Positions 16,534 to 24,793 of a stretch of DNA of 64,000 bases are shown piece after piece (positions within the stretch are counted from its first letter, which is position 1; every line of letters starts with the position of its first letter). This stretch comes from an uncultured Christensenellaceae bacterium. Lineage in GTDB: Bacteria; Bacillota; Clostridia; Christensenellales; UBA3700. The DNA is taken from contig OZ006985.1 in NCBI GenBank assembly GCA_963931165.1, positions 655,900-719,899 on the forward strand. The letters run 5' to 3'. Both the position numbers and the translations under genes were made by a program. Below the pieces are notes generated by a model, which worked only from the letters and a program-made list of their open reading frames with translations, was not told the origin of the DNA and searched no databases.

Positions 16534-17325
16534 ATGAAACCGGATTATAAGAATTGGGTGCCGAGAGGGTTGTTGTTTCTCCTCGGCGGCATGGCGATTA
16601 TCTGCCTTGCCTTATGTATCGTGTTCGGCATGGCGGGCGTGGCGACGGAGGGCGGGCTGCGCATCGCGCTCGGCGTACTCTTTGGCGCGGCGTTTTTGCT
16701 GTTTGCCGTCCTGACGGGCATATTTGCAAATATGTATTGCGCCTTTTCGTATCACGGCAAAAAGCAGGTTTCAAAACGGGTGATCGAAGGCATTGTGCAA
16801 TACGTTGCGTTGCCGGACGGAGGAAAGGGGTTGGATGTCGGCTGCGGCAGCGGGGCGCTTACCATCGCCTGCGCAAAGCGCAATCCGCACGCGCAGATGG
16901 TCGGCATAGACCGCTGGGGCAAAGAATACGCCTCGTTCAATCTTCCGCTCTGCGAACGCAATGCAGAGGCGGAAGGGGTGCGAAACGTATCATTTTTGCG
17001 CGGGAACGCCGTAAAACTCGACTTTCCGGACAAAACGTTCGACGCCGTGACGAGCAACTATGTCTATCACAACATCAAGGGCAAGGATAAGCAGCAGCTT
17101 CTTTCGGAAACGCTGCGCGTGCTGAAAAAGGGCGGCACATTCGCCATTCACGACATCATGTCGCCGCGCGAATACGGCGATATGCGGGCGTTTGTGAAAA
17201 AGCTGAAAGAGTGCGGTTATGAAAAGGTCGAGCTTGTCGATACGACGGACGGATCGTTACTGACAAAGAAAGAGAGCAGGGCATATATGCTCGCTCATTC
17301 CAAACTGTTGGTCGGGAAAAAGTAA
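16534..17325 (+). CDS. Membrane-anchored class I SAM-dependent methyltransferase
   Basis: Two N-terminal TM helices followed by motif I (GLDVGCGSGALT) and DAVTSNYVYHN. Confidence 0.75.
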   Translation: MKPDYKNWVPRGLLFLLGGMAIICLALCIVFGMAGVATEGGLRIALGVLFGAAFLLFAVLTGIFANMYCAFSYHGKKQVSKRVIEGIVQYVALPDGGKGLDVGCGSGALTIACAKRNPHAQMVGIDRWGKEYASFNLPLCERNAEAEGVRNVSFLRGNAVKLDFPDKTFDAVTSNYVYHNIKGKDKQQLLSETLRVLKKGGTFAIHDIMSPREYGDMRAFVKKLKECGYEKVELVDTTDGSLLTKKESRAYMLAHSKLLVGKK

Positions 17326-17346
17326 CGGCACGAAAGGAGGGCAGAT

Positions 17347-18138
17347 TTGACGACGACTGCAATGACCGTACTCGGTTTTTGTATCATTTTCATAGCGACG
17401 ACTGCGGGCGCGGCGTTTGTATTTTTCTTCAAGGGAGAGATGTCCGGCAAACTCAATACTCTGTTTTTGGGGTTTGCTTCGGGTGTGATGGTGGCGGCGT
17501 CCGTCTGGTCGCTGCTCATTCCGTCCATTGATGGCGCGGAAGAAACATACGGAGCATTGAGTTTTCTGCCTGCCGTCACAGGTTTTCTTCTCGGCGGAGC
17601 GTTTCTCGTGCTTATTGACAAGCTCGTACCGCACCTTCATAAGGGAACAAACGAGGAAGAGGGCTTAAAAAGCCACTTAAATAAGCCCGCTAAACTCTTT
17701 CTTGCCGTCACTATACATAACATTCCCGAAGGACTTGCCGTAGGTTTTGCGTTCGGCGCGGCGGCAGCGCTCGGAGAGGAAGGCGCGTTTGTTTCCGCGC
17801 TCGGTCTTGCCGTGGGCATGGCGATACAGAATTTTCCGGAAGGCGCGGCGGTGTCTTTGCCCCTGAAAACGGCGACGGGCAGCCGCGGCAAGGCCTTTTT
17901 ATACGGCATGGGCAGCGGAGCGGTGGAACCTGTATTTGCCGTCGTCGGGTATTTTCTTGCAGCAAATCTCACGGCGGCACAGCCGTGGTTTTTGGCGTTC
18001 GCTGCGGGCGCAATGATATTTGTCGTCATAGAAGATCTCATCCCCGACGCGCACCTTTCCGAACACCCGCATTTCGGCACATGGGGCGCAATGCTCGGCT
18101 TTGTCGTGATGATGGCGCTGGACGTCGCTTTAGGATAA
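17347..18138 (+). CDS. ZIP-family divalent metal transporter (ZupT-like)
   Basis: TTG start 6 nt after GGAGGG. ZIP signatures are HNIPEGLAVGFAFG and QNFPEGAAVS. Confidence 0.85.
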   Translation: MTTTAMTVLGFCIIFIATTAGAAFVFFFKGEMSGKLNTLFLGFASGVMVAASVWSLLIPSIDGAEETYGALSFLPAVTGFLLGGAFLVLIDKLVPHLHKGTNEEEGLKSHLNKPAKLFLAVTIHNIPEGLAVGFAFGAAAALGEEGAFVSALGLAVGMAIQNFPEGAAVSLPLKTATGSRGKAFLYGMGSGAVEPVFAVVGYFLAANLTAAQPWFLAFAAGAMIFVVIEDLIPDAHLSEHPHFGTWGAMLGFVVMMALDVALG

Positions 18139-18246
18139 AAGATTATTTCCGTTAGCGTATGTTAATGCTTCGCGTTTTCTCTTGACATTTGCCGGAAGTA
18201 ATAATATAATAAAATTACTAAATGATATAAGGAGAGGCTCGCATAG
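18007..18246 (+). repeat. Direct repeat copy 1: ZIP gene 3' end, stop, intergenic promoter region and up to the position of the dtxR start
   Basis: It aligns with 18786-19024. There are 6 mostly synonymous differences in the first ~50 nt, then 111 nt of perfect identity (18055-18165), then progressive divergence through the promoter. The ATG equivalent reads ATA. Confidence 0.85.
18182..18210 (+). promoter_or_regulatory. Consensus sigma-A promoter inside repeat copy 1, now facing the AT-rich insert
   Basis: TTGACA-N17-TATAAT. Confidence 0.5.
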
Positions 18247-18377
18247 GTTTGATCTCTTCTTTAGTGATAAATCTATATTATACAACAAAATAGACAAAAA
18301 GAAAATATAGAAAGGCTGCCGCAACCATCACTTTATTCCTATTTGTGCTGATGCTTTGTGGCAGAATAGTGATTGAT

Positions 18378-18623
18378 ATGAAAACATATTCATTATTAGA
18401 TGTATATAAATTAAATCGTAAGATTTTAGGTGTAATGATGCCTATCGCTGCTACAGTATTTTTATTGTTGGCGATAATTATTCTTATTGCTATGCCTACA
18501 ATATGGTGGGGAAGCCTAATATTGTTCGGAATTGCGCTTGGACTTATACTGTTATGTATCTTTATTCGCAAATACATAGATAAAAAAATCAAAGAGTTGG
18601 AAGAAAAAGAGCGCAACAACTAA
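18378..18623 (+). CDS. Small two-TM membrane protein in the AT-rich insert (start uncertain)
   Basis: MKTYSLLDVYKLNRKILGVMMPIAATVFLLLAIIILIAMPTIWWGSLILFGIALGLILLCIF followed by a KKIKELEEKERNN tail. SD is weak. Confidence 0.45.
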   Translation: MKTYSLLDVYKLNRKILGVMMPIAATVFLLLAIIILIAMPTIWWGSLILFGIALGLILLCIFIRKYIDKKIKELEEKERNN

Positions 18624-18669
18624 ATATTTTTTAACTTATTTACAATATTTATAATGGGGGAATAATTTC

Positions 18670-18786
18670 ATGAATAAGATCTTGGCGGGCAGAAAAAGAA
18701 CTTGCTTTACCGTTTTATTGCTTATAGGTTTAGTGCTTGTAGCGATAAGCATTATTTTATCGAAAAGAAATGTCGCATTCGCGTAG
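18670..18786 (+). CDS. 38-aa hydrophobic peptide (MNKILAGRKRTCFTVLLLIGLVLVAISIILSKRNVAFA)
   Basis: Below the ORF-track cutoff. SD is GGGGGA, 9 nt upstream. The stop codon sits exactly at the junction with repeat copy 2. The last residues (AFA) match the ZIP sequence LAFAAG. Confidence 0.4.
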   Translation: MNKILAGRKRTCFTVLLLIGLVLVAISIILSKRNVAFA

Positions 18787-18917
18787 GCGCAATGATATTC
18801 GTCGTCGTGGAAGATCTGATCCCCGACGCACATCTTTCCGAACACCCGCATTTCGGCACATGGGGCGCAATGCTCGGCTTTGTCGTGATGATGGCGCTGG
18901 ACGTCGCTTTAGGATAA
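18786..18917 (+). pseudogene. Detached 3' fragment (last 43 codons) of a ZIP transporter gene
   Basis: It encodes GAMIFVVVEDLIPDAHLSEHPHFGTWGAMLGFVVMMALDVALG, which is identical to the C-terminus of the intact gene except for I->V. There is no upstream ZIP coding sequence. Confidence 0.8.
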
Positions 18918-18960
18918 AAGATTATTTCCGTTAGCGTATGTTAACGTCCCGCGTTTTCTC

Positions 18961-18989
18961 TTTACTTTTGCCGTAGAAAATAGTATAAT
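18961..18989 (+). promoter_or_regulatory. Sigma-A-type promoter of the DtxR-family gene (in repeat copy 2)
   Basis: TTTACT-N17-TATAAT. Confidence 0.5.
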
Positions 18990-19021
18990 AAATATCGAAA
19001 ATGATATGATGAGGTGCGCAT

Positions 19022-19396
19022 ATGGCTGTCAACAGGACGAGAGAGTCGGAAGAAATGTATTTGGAGACCATTCTTTTGCTGCATAAAGGACAGCCGAACG
19101 TGCGCGCCGTGGACGTCAAAGACGAACTCGGTCTTGCCAAATCGAGCGTTTCGCGCGGCGTCAATCTCCTTGAAAAGAAAGGGTTTATCCATATCGACCG
19201 CGAAACGGGAAATCTGAGTTTCACCGACGCAGGCAGAAAAAAGGCAGAGGGCATATACGAGCGGCATCAGACGCTTACTAAGGCGCTTATGAAGCTCGGA
19301 GCAAACCTCGAACTTGCCGAAGAAAACGCCTGCCGCATGGAGCACGTCGTCTCCGACGAGATGATGAGAGTGTTCCGAAATTATATCAAAGAGTAA
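19022..19396 (+). CDS. DtxR/MntR-family metal-dependent transcriptional regulator (short form)
   Basis: SD is GAGGTG. Motifs are EEMYLETILLLHKG and the wHTH LGLAKSSVSRGVNLLEKKGFI. Size is 124 aa. Confidence 0.85.
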   Translation: MAVNRTRESEEMYLETILLLHKGQPNVRAVDVKDELGLAKSSVSRGVNLLEKKGFIHIDRETGNLSFTDAGRKKAEGIYERHQTLTKALMKLGANLELAEENACRMEHVVSDEMMRVFRNYIKE

Positions 19397-19403
19397 GGGA
19401 AAA

Positions 19404-19428
19404 GGAACGCCGCGCGCGTTCCTTTTTT
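19404..19428 (+). terminator. Rho-independent terminator
   Basis: GGAACGC-CGCGC-GCGTTCC hairpin followed by TTTTTT. Confidence 0.8.
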
Positions 19429-19606
19429 GTGTAGACATTTTTTGGGAAAATTTAATTGACTCGGCAAACAAATTCGACTTGCGGGCGGCAATGATAATGC
19501 CGTACATCGGTTCGCAGGATGAAATTTGAAATGCGTATTTATACACAATTTGCAAGTTGGTAACCGCGTACAAAGAAATGTCCGAAAATTCGCGCCGTTT
19601 CGCGTT

Positions 19607-19634
19607 GCATATCCCGCCAAAGAGCGCATATATT
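19607..19634 (+). promoter_or_regulatory. Candidate mother-cell (sigma-E-like) promoter of the SipL-like gene
   Basis: GCATATC-N13-CATATATT. The remembered consensus is kmATATT-N13/14-CATACAmT. Confidence 0.3.
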
Positions 19635-19662
19635 TGAGGTAGAAAACTTGCGAGGGTGGACT

Positions 19663-21144
19663 ATGCAAACCAAACAAATCCAATTCGACCGCATCCGAAA
19701 ACTCGGGGCGGGACAATTCGTAGTGGAGTGCAATGTGAGCGCGGACAGCGAGATCAAGTCGCTGCTGTGCGTGAGCGCGGACGTCGGCGACATACGCGCC
19801 GCGATCACCGCCGGACAGATCGCGGTGTCGGGCAAGATCGGCGTCAACGTGATATACGAGACGGAAGAGGGCGTCGATTCGGCGGATCACGTCACCGACT
19901 TTTCAAAGCTGCTGTCCGACGAGGGTGTGGGCGACGGCGCAAAGGCGCTTGTCGACGCGACGATCGCGGACACTGAGACTGAGTTGCGTGGCAACTCGGT
20001 CGCGGTGAGGATAGTCGTGCAATTGTCGCCGACGGCGGTCGAGACGCAAAGCCTCGACGTGTTCGACGGCGAGGACGGAACGTGCGAAAAGAGGCGCACG
20101 CTTTCGCTCATCGAGACCGTCGCTGACATAGACGCAGAGGTCGAGACAGAGGAAAAATATTCGGTCGGCAGCGGCGTGGAAAAGGTGCTCGGCTTTACGA
20201 CTGCCGCCGTGATCTGCAAACAGACCGCTACCGAGACGGGGCTGTCGATAGACGGCGAGATCTGCGCCGACGTCATCTATCTTTCGGACGGAGAGATGTG
20301 CCGCAAGACCTTCTCGATGCCCTTTGCAAAGTCGATCGACGCGCCGGAGAACTGCTGCGCTTTGGCGGTCGTCTCGATGAAGGAGAGCGCGCTCAACGTG
20401 GGCGGCAAGGCGGACGACGCAACGCTCACGCTCACCGCGAAGGCGACGGTGTCGGGCTTTGTGTTGAGGCAGTTTGACGAAGAGGTGATCTGCGATGTCT
20501 ACTCGCCGTGTCACAAACTCGAATTTTCGTGCCCGTGTCTGTCTTTCGACGAAATTGTCGACACGGGTGCATACCGCGAACGCATCTCGGGCAGCGTGTC
20601 CGTAGCCGACGGAGAGGCGGACGCGGCGCGCGTCGTATGTGCTCGGGTCGCCGAGTGCGACCTGACTTCGGTCACGACGAAGGACGGCTGCATCGTCACC
20701 GAAGGTGTCGTGACCGCCTGCGTCGTATACGAGACGGAGGACGGCGGCAAGTCGTCGGTCAAGGTGGAGCTGCCCTATGCGCTCGACCACGAAGCGCGAG
20801 ACGTCAAAGAGGGCGACTTTGCGTTCGTGAGCGCGGGATGCTGCGACCTGTTCGCCAAGGTCAAGCGCGGGCGCGAGATCGAAGTCGGGGCGACGCTGGC
20901 GTTTTCTGCGCTTGCGACGCGCACTTGTCGCGCGACGGTCGTCACCGAGGCGACGGTCGGCGAAAAGCTCGAAGACGACGGAGAGGCGATTGTCGTTGTG
21001 TCGGCGAAAAAGGGCGAGACGGCGTGGGATCTTGCCAAGCGGCTCTGCGTGAGGGCGGAAGAGGTCGAAAGTTTCAATCCGTCCGTGGAGTTCCCCGCCG
21101 AGGGCGGCGAAAAGATCGTGGTTTACAGAATGCTCGCGATGTGA
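19663..21144 (+). CDS. DUF3794/SPOCS-domain protein with a C-terminal LysM-like domain (SipL-like spore-coat morphogenetic protein)
   Basis: SD is GAGGGTGG. The protein is acidic with repeated beta-rich segments. The C-terminus (KKGETAWDLAKRLCVRAEEVESFNP...GEKIVVYR) resembles LysM. It sits upstream of ispE, as is common in Clostridia. Confidence 0.65.
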   Translation: MQTKQIQFDRIRKLGAGQFVVECNVSADSEIKSLLCVSADVGDIRAAITAGQIAVSGKIGVNVIYETEEGVDSADHVTDFSKLLSDEGVGDGAKALVDATIADTETELRGNSVAVRIVVQLSPTAVETQSLDVFDGEDGTCEKRRTLSLIETVADIDAEVETEEKYSVGSGVEKVLGFTTAAVICKQTATETGLSIDGEICADVIYLSDGEMCRKTFSMPFAKSIDAPENCCALAVVSMKESALNVGGKADDATLTLTAKATVSGFVLRQFDEEVICDVYSPCHKLEFSCPCLSFDEIVDTGAYRERISGSVSVADGEADAARVVCARVAECDLTSVTTKDGCIVTEGVVTACVVYETEDGGKSSVKVELPYALDHEARDVKEGDFAFVSAGCCDLFAKVKRGREIEVGATLAFSALATRTCRATVVTEATVGEKLEDDGEAIVVVSAKKGETAWDLAKRLCVRAEEVESFNPSVEFPAEGGEKIVVYRMLAM

Positions 21145-21150
21145 TATAAT
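21122..21150 (+). promoter_or_regulatory. Sigma-A-type promoter giving a (near-)leaderless ispE mRNA
   Basis: TTTACA-N17-TGaTATAAT. GTG at 21157 lies 6 nt after the -10 and there is no SD. Confidence 0.45.
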
Positions 21151-21156
21151 AAGGTC

Positions 21157-21975
21157 GTGGACAAGACGACCGAATTGAGAGCGTACGCCAAGCTCAATCT
21201 CGCGCTCGACATCACGGGCACGGACGGCGAGGGCTATCATCTGCTCGACATGATCAATTGTACGGTGGGCGTATTCGATACGCTCGCCGTTTCGCGCGCC
21301 GCAAAAGTCGCGGTGACGATGGACGGCAAGCCTTGCGGCGGCGAGAATACCGCCTACCGTGCCGCTTCGGCGGTCGAGAGGCTGTCGGGCGCGCCGCTTG
21401 CGGTCAACATCGTCAAGGGCATACCGTTCGGCGCGGGGCTGGGCGGCTCGTCCGCGGACGCGAGCGCGGTGCTGCGCTATGCGGCGGACGCGGGGCTGAT
21501 CTCGCTTGCCGACGCCGAAGAGGCGGCGCGCTCGATAGGCAGCGACGTCGTGTATATGATGCACGGCGGGATGGCGCGCGTGCGCGGCAGGGGAGAGCTG
21601 ATCGAGCCGTTGAGACAAAGCGAGCTTGACATCGTTATCGCCCGTCGGGACAGGGGCGGTTCGACCGCAGAGGTCTACCGCAAATATGACGAGATCGGGC
21701 GGCAAGGCGCGGGGATAGACGGCGTTTTGAGAGGGGAGACCGCACGCTACAATGTGCTCGAAGCGCCGGCGGTCGCGCTGTGTCCCGAAATAGCGCGGCT
21801 CAAAGAGAGGATGGCAGGCGCGTTCGGCGAGGCGGTGATGACGGGCAGCGGCAGCGCGGTCTGCTCGATCGTAGCAGACGCCGACAACGCGCGGCGGACG
21901 TTGGAGCGCGGCTTTTGCGACGCGAATTTTCGCGCGGTCGTAAAGACGGTGCCGCGAGCTATAGAATATCTTTGA
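21157..21975 (+). CDS. ispE: 4-diphosphocytidyl-2-C-methyl-D-erythritol kinase
   Basis: AYAKLNLALDI N-terminus and the GHMP kinase motif KGIPFGAGLGGSSADASAVL. The start is GTG 21157, with an in-frame TTG six codons later as an alternative. Confidence 0.9.
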   Translation: MDKTTELRAYAKLNLALDITGTDGEGYHLLDMINCTVGVFDTLAVSRAAKVAVTMDGKPCGGENTAYRAASAVERLSGAPLAVNIVKGIPFGAGLGGSSADASAVLRYAADAGLISLADAEEAARSIGSDVVYMMHGGMARVRGRGELIEPLRQSELDIVIARRDRGGSTAEVYRKYDEIGRQGAGIDGVLRGETARYNVLEAPAVALCPEIARLKERMAGAFGEAVMTGSGSAVCSIVADADNARRTLERGFCDANFRAVVKTVPRAIEYL

Positions 21976-21988
21976 GGCCTGCGAATTT

Positions 21989-22012
21989 GCGCGCCGCAAG
22001 GCGCGTTTTTTT
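21989..22012 (+). terminator. Rho-independent terminator
   Basis: GCGCGCC-GCAA-GGCGCG hairpin followed by TTTTTTT. Confidence 0.8.
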
Positions 22013-22220
22013 GTGCGGTTTTGTCAAGAGAGACGGACGCATTTTTTGAAAAATTTTCTCAAAGAGCGGTTTTTTCGCTTTTTCGTTTGCGGCGGCGCGC
22101 CCGATCCTGTCAAGAGTTTGCGCCGTTTTTTTTGCGCTTTGACTGCTGCCGAAAGGGCGCGGATATCGCGGTGAGCGCGCCGAGGTATATCCCGCTGCGC
22201 CGCAGGCAATAATCGCCGAT

Positions 22221-22574
22221 GTGAAAAAGGTCGTCGTCATTTTGATCGTGGCGCTCATTGCGGCGTTTGTGCTGGTCAACGTCTTTGCAAAGCCGGGGGC
22301 GGTCACGCTGAAGGTCTACACCGACGGCGATCCGTTCGGCGTGTTGGACGCGGCGGCGTATGTCATCGAGCCGCTCGACGGCGTCGAGGGCAGCGAAGAG
22401 TACATAGCGGCGGCATGCGAGGACGCATTGCGACGCGAAGGGCGCGGCGGAAGAGTGACCGTAAAGATAGACGGCGGCGTCGTCACCGTGACGGTGGACG
22501 GGTCGACAAGACTTGCGGTCGAGACGCGCCCGGGCGGAGCGGTGTTCGGGCTTGCCCGCCTTTTGGGAGAATGA
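22221..22574 (+). CDS. Hypothetical signal-anchored protein upstream of sleB
   Basis: GTG start. The N-terminus is MKKVVVILIVALIAAFVLVNVFA. There is no SD, and AATAAT lies 7 nt upstream. Confidence 0.6.
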   Translation: MKKVVVILIVALIAAFVLVNVFAKPGAVTLKVYTDGDPFGVLDAAAYVIEPLDGVEGSEEYIAAACEDALRREGRGGRVTVKIDGGVVTVTVDGSTRLAVETRPGGAVFGLARLLGE

Positions 22575-22575
22575 A

Positions 22576-23283
22576 ATGGACGAAACAAAAAAGATCTTGG
22601 TCGCGAGGATAGTCTGCGCGGTCTCGGTATTGGCGGTGTTGGTCGCCGCGGTCGCGCTGTATGTGCCGCTTGCCGGCGGCGAAGAACAGAGCGCCGCGGT
22701 GCTCAAAGTGGGGTCGAGCGGCGCGCAGGTGCGCACGTTGCAGACAAAGCTCAACAATTGGGGTTACGACGCGGGCACTGTGGACGGGATATTCGGCTCG
22801 AATACGCTTGCGGCGGTCAAGCGCTTTCAGCAGCGCAACGGGCTTGCTGTCGACGGCATAGTCGGCGCAAAGACGGCGGCTGCGCTCGGGATGAGCCTGT
22901 CGAGCGGCTCGGGCGGCAACAGTTCTTACTCGTCGTCCGACGTCTACCTTCTCGCCAAGTGCATCTATGCCGAGGCGAGGGGAGAGCCGTATATCGGGCA
23001 GGTCGCGATCGGCGCGGTCGTGCTCAACCGCGTCAAGAGCAGCAGCTTTCCCAACACGATCGCGGGGGTGATCTATCAGCCGTACGCGTTCACCGCCGTT
23101 GCGGACGGACAGATAAATTTGGAGCCGAACGACACCGCCTACAAGGCGGCGCGCGACGCGATGAACGGCTGGGATCCGACCAACGGCTGCCTGTACTACT
23201 ACAATCCGGCGACCGCGACGAGCGCGTGGATATGGTCGCGTCCGGTCATGCTTTCGATCGGCAACCACAACTTTGCCAAGTGA
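22576..23283 (+). CDS. sleB: Spore cortex-lytic enzyme SleB
   Basis: Signal anchor, a PG_binding_1 repeat (GSSGAQVRTLQTKLNNWGYDAGTVDGIFGSNTLAAVKRFQQRNGL) and a Hydrolase_2 core (YLLAKCIYAEARGEPYIGQVAIGAVVLNRV). Confidence 0.9.
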   Translation: MDETKKILVARIVCAVSVLAVLVAAVALYVPLAGGEEQSAAVLKVGSSGAQVRTLQTKLNNWGYDAGTVDGIFGSNTLAAVKRFQQRNGLAVDGIVGAKTAAALGMSLSSGSGGNSSYSSSDVYLLAKCIYAEARGEPYIGQVAIGAVVLNRVKSSSFPNTIAGVIYQPYAFTAVADGQINLEPNDTAYKAARDAMNGWDPTNGCLYYYNPATATSAWIWSRPVMLSIGNHNFAK

Positions 23284-23290
23284 GGTAAAA

Positions 23291-24643
23291 ATGGAGAATA
23301 CGAACACGGGCAGGAAAAAATATAAGATCGCCGTCGCGGCGTGCGCGTTGTTTTTGGCGGCGGCGGTCGTACTTGCGGTTTTGCTCGGAGTATATGTGTC
23401 GAGGGCGGGAGACGCGCGCATCGACGCCGAGAACAACTATCGGGCGGCGTATTTCGAGCTGCTCGACAGCATGCTCGACATCGAGACAGATCTGTCCAAG
23501 ATGAAGGTCGCCTCGACAGATGCGATGCAGACGGAACTCATGCTGGACACCGCGATCAACGCCGAGCTTGCGGGGCAGAGTTTGAGCGCGCTCGTCAGGG
23601 ATGAATATCAACTTGAACCGACGATCAAGTTTTGCAATCAATTGCAGGATTTTGCAAAATACATCGTCAAGAAGATAGACCGCGAGCAGCCGTTGACGGG
23701 CAAGGACTATGAGTCGCTGGACGACCTTCACGAAGCGGCGCTCGAGCTGGGCAGACGGCTAGCGGCGATGGGCGACGGCATGCGTGAGGACGGATACTAT
23801 TTCATTGAGACGATCGGCGAGGACGACCCCTTCCGCGACATCGTCGACGGAGTCGAGGACAGCGCGGTGCAATATCCGTCGCTGATCTACGACGGGCCGT
23901 TCAGCGACGGCTTGGAAGACCCCGAGCCGCACGCGTTGAAGGGTGAAGAGGTGACGCGCGAGCAGGCGGCGCAAAAGGCGAAGGAGTATTTGAGCGAATA
24001 TGACGTGACGGAAGTGGAGTTCACCGCCGAGGCGAACGGCTATTTCGAAAGCTATATGTATTCTTTCGCGACCGCGGACGGCAAGGCCGGCACCGTACAG
24101 CTCAGCAAGACAGGCGGACATCTCGTGATGTTCGACATCTATGAGGAGATGGTGATGCCGACCTTCTCCAAGGACGAGGGCGTCGAGGTCGCGAAGATAT
24201 ATTGCCGCGACCACGGCTACGACGGCATGACCGCGGTGTGGAGCACGGTGTCGGACAGCGAACTCTTTGTCAACCTCTGCTACGAGCGCGACGGGATAGT
24301 CTTCTATCCCGACATGGTCAAGGTCAAGGTGTCGTTGCAGACGGGCAAGGTGATAGGTTTCGAGGCGCTGCAATATATCTACAACCATGACCGCGAGGAC
24401 GAGGTCGACTATGCGGTCGAACTGACCGAGGAGGAGGTGCGCGCCGTCTATCGCGACGACTTTGAGATCGAGAGCGTCCGTCTTGCGGTGATCCCGACGG
24501 GCGGCGGTGAGGAGAAGCTGTGTTACGAGGTGTACGGCGAGTGCGACGGGGACAAGTATTTTGTCTTTGTCGACGCCGAGACGGGGTATGAGCTTGAGGT
24601 GATGCAGGTCATCGACGGCGACGACGGCGAACTTTTGATGTGA
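23291..24643 (+). CDS. ypeB: Germination protein YpeB
   Basis: It lies immediately after sleB. It has an N-terminal TM helix, a length of ~450 aa and PepSY-like C-terminal repeats. Confidence 0.8.
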   Translation: MENTNTGRKKYKIAVAACALFLAAAVVLAVLLGVYVSRAGDARIDAENNYRAAYFELLDSMLDIETDLSKMKVASTDAMQTELMLDTAINAELAGQSLSALVRDEYQLEPTIKFCNQLQDFAKYIVKKIDREQPLTGKDYESLDDLHEAALELGRRLAAMGDGMREDGYYFIETIGEDDPFRDIVDGVEDSAVQYPSLIYDGPFSDGLEDPEPHALKGEEVTREQAAQKAKEYLSEYDVTEVEFTAEANGYFESYMYSFATADGKAGTVQLSKTGGHLVMFDIYEEMVMPTFSKDEGVEVAKIYCRDHGYDGMTAVWSTVSDSELFVNLCYERDGIVFYPDMVKVKVSLQTGKVIGFEALQYIYNHDREDEVDYAVELTEEEVRAVYRDDFEIESVRLAVIPTGGGEEKLCYEVYGECDGDKYFVFVDAETGYELEVMQVIDGDDGELLM

Positions 24644-24648
24644 ATCGA

Positions 24649-24674
24649 CCCGCCCGAAAGGGCGGGCTTTCTTT
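24649..24674 (+). terminator. Rho-independent terminator
   Basis: CCCGCCC-GAAA-GGGCGGG hairpin followed by CTTTCTTT. Confidence 0.7.
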
Positions 24675-24729
24675 ATGAAGAGGTCCTCATCATAGTTTTC
24701 GACAATGATACGAGATAAAAAAGAGATAT

Positions 24730-24758
24730 TTGACAGCGCGCGCCCGTGCATTTATAAT
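24730..24758 (+). promoter_or_regulatory. Consensus sigma-A promoter
   Basis: TTGACA-N17-TATAAT, 36 nt upstream of the ATG at 24794. Confidence 0.6.
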
Positions 24759-24793
24759 AAAGGCATAGGGCGCGCATGCGCCGAGGAGGAAAT

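Larger units (their letters stand above)
18786..19024 (+). repeat. Direct repeat copy 2 (partner of 18007-18246)
   Basis: See copy 1. It ends at the functional dtxR-family start codon. Confidence 0.85.

Noticed and set aside
18278-18619. Minus-strand 113-aa ORF inside the AT-rich insert
   Set aside because: It is antisense to the more plausible two-TM ORF, it lacks an SD, and its sequence is the low-complexity Ile/Asn/Ser-rich type expected from AT-rich shadow frames.
19903-21999. Very long antisense or off-frame ORFs in the track. Examples are 19903-21999(-) 698 aa, 3558-4919(-), 26291-29155(-), 34605-36446(-), 36469-38364(-), 48034-49914(-), 49662-52112(-), 55636-57594(-), 5077-6495(-) and the many Arg/Pro/Gly-rich plus-strand alternatives.
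   Set aside because: They lie opposite to, or out of frame with, genes that carry clear family motifs. Their translations are Arg/Ala/Pro/Gly-rich low-complexity strings typical of stop-codon-poor shadow frames in ~60% GC DNA. They also lack SD sequences and terminators.
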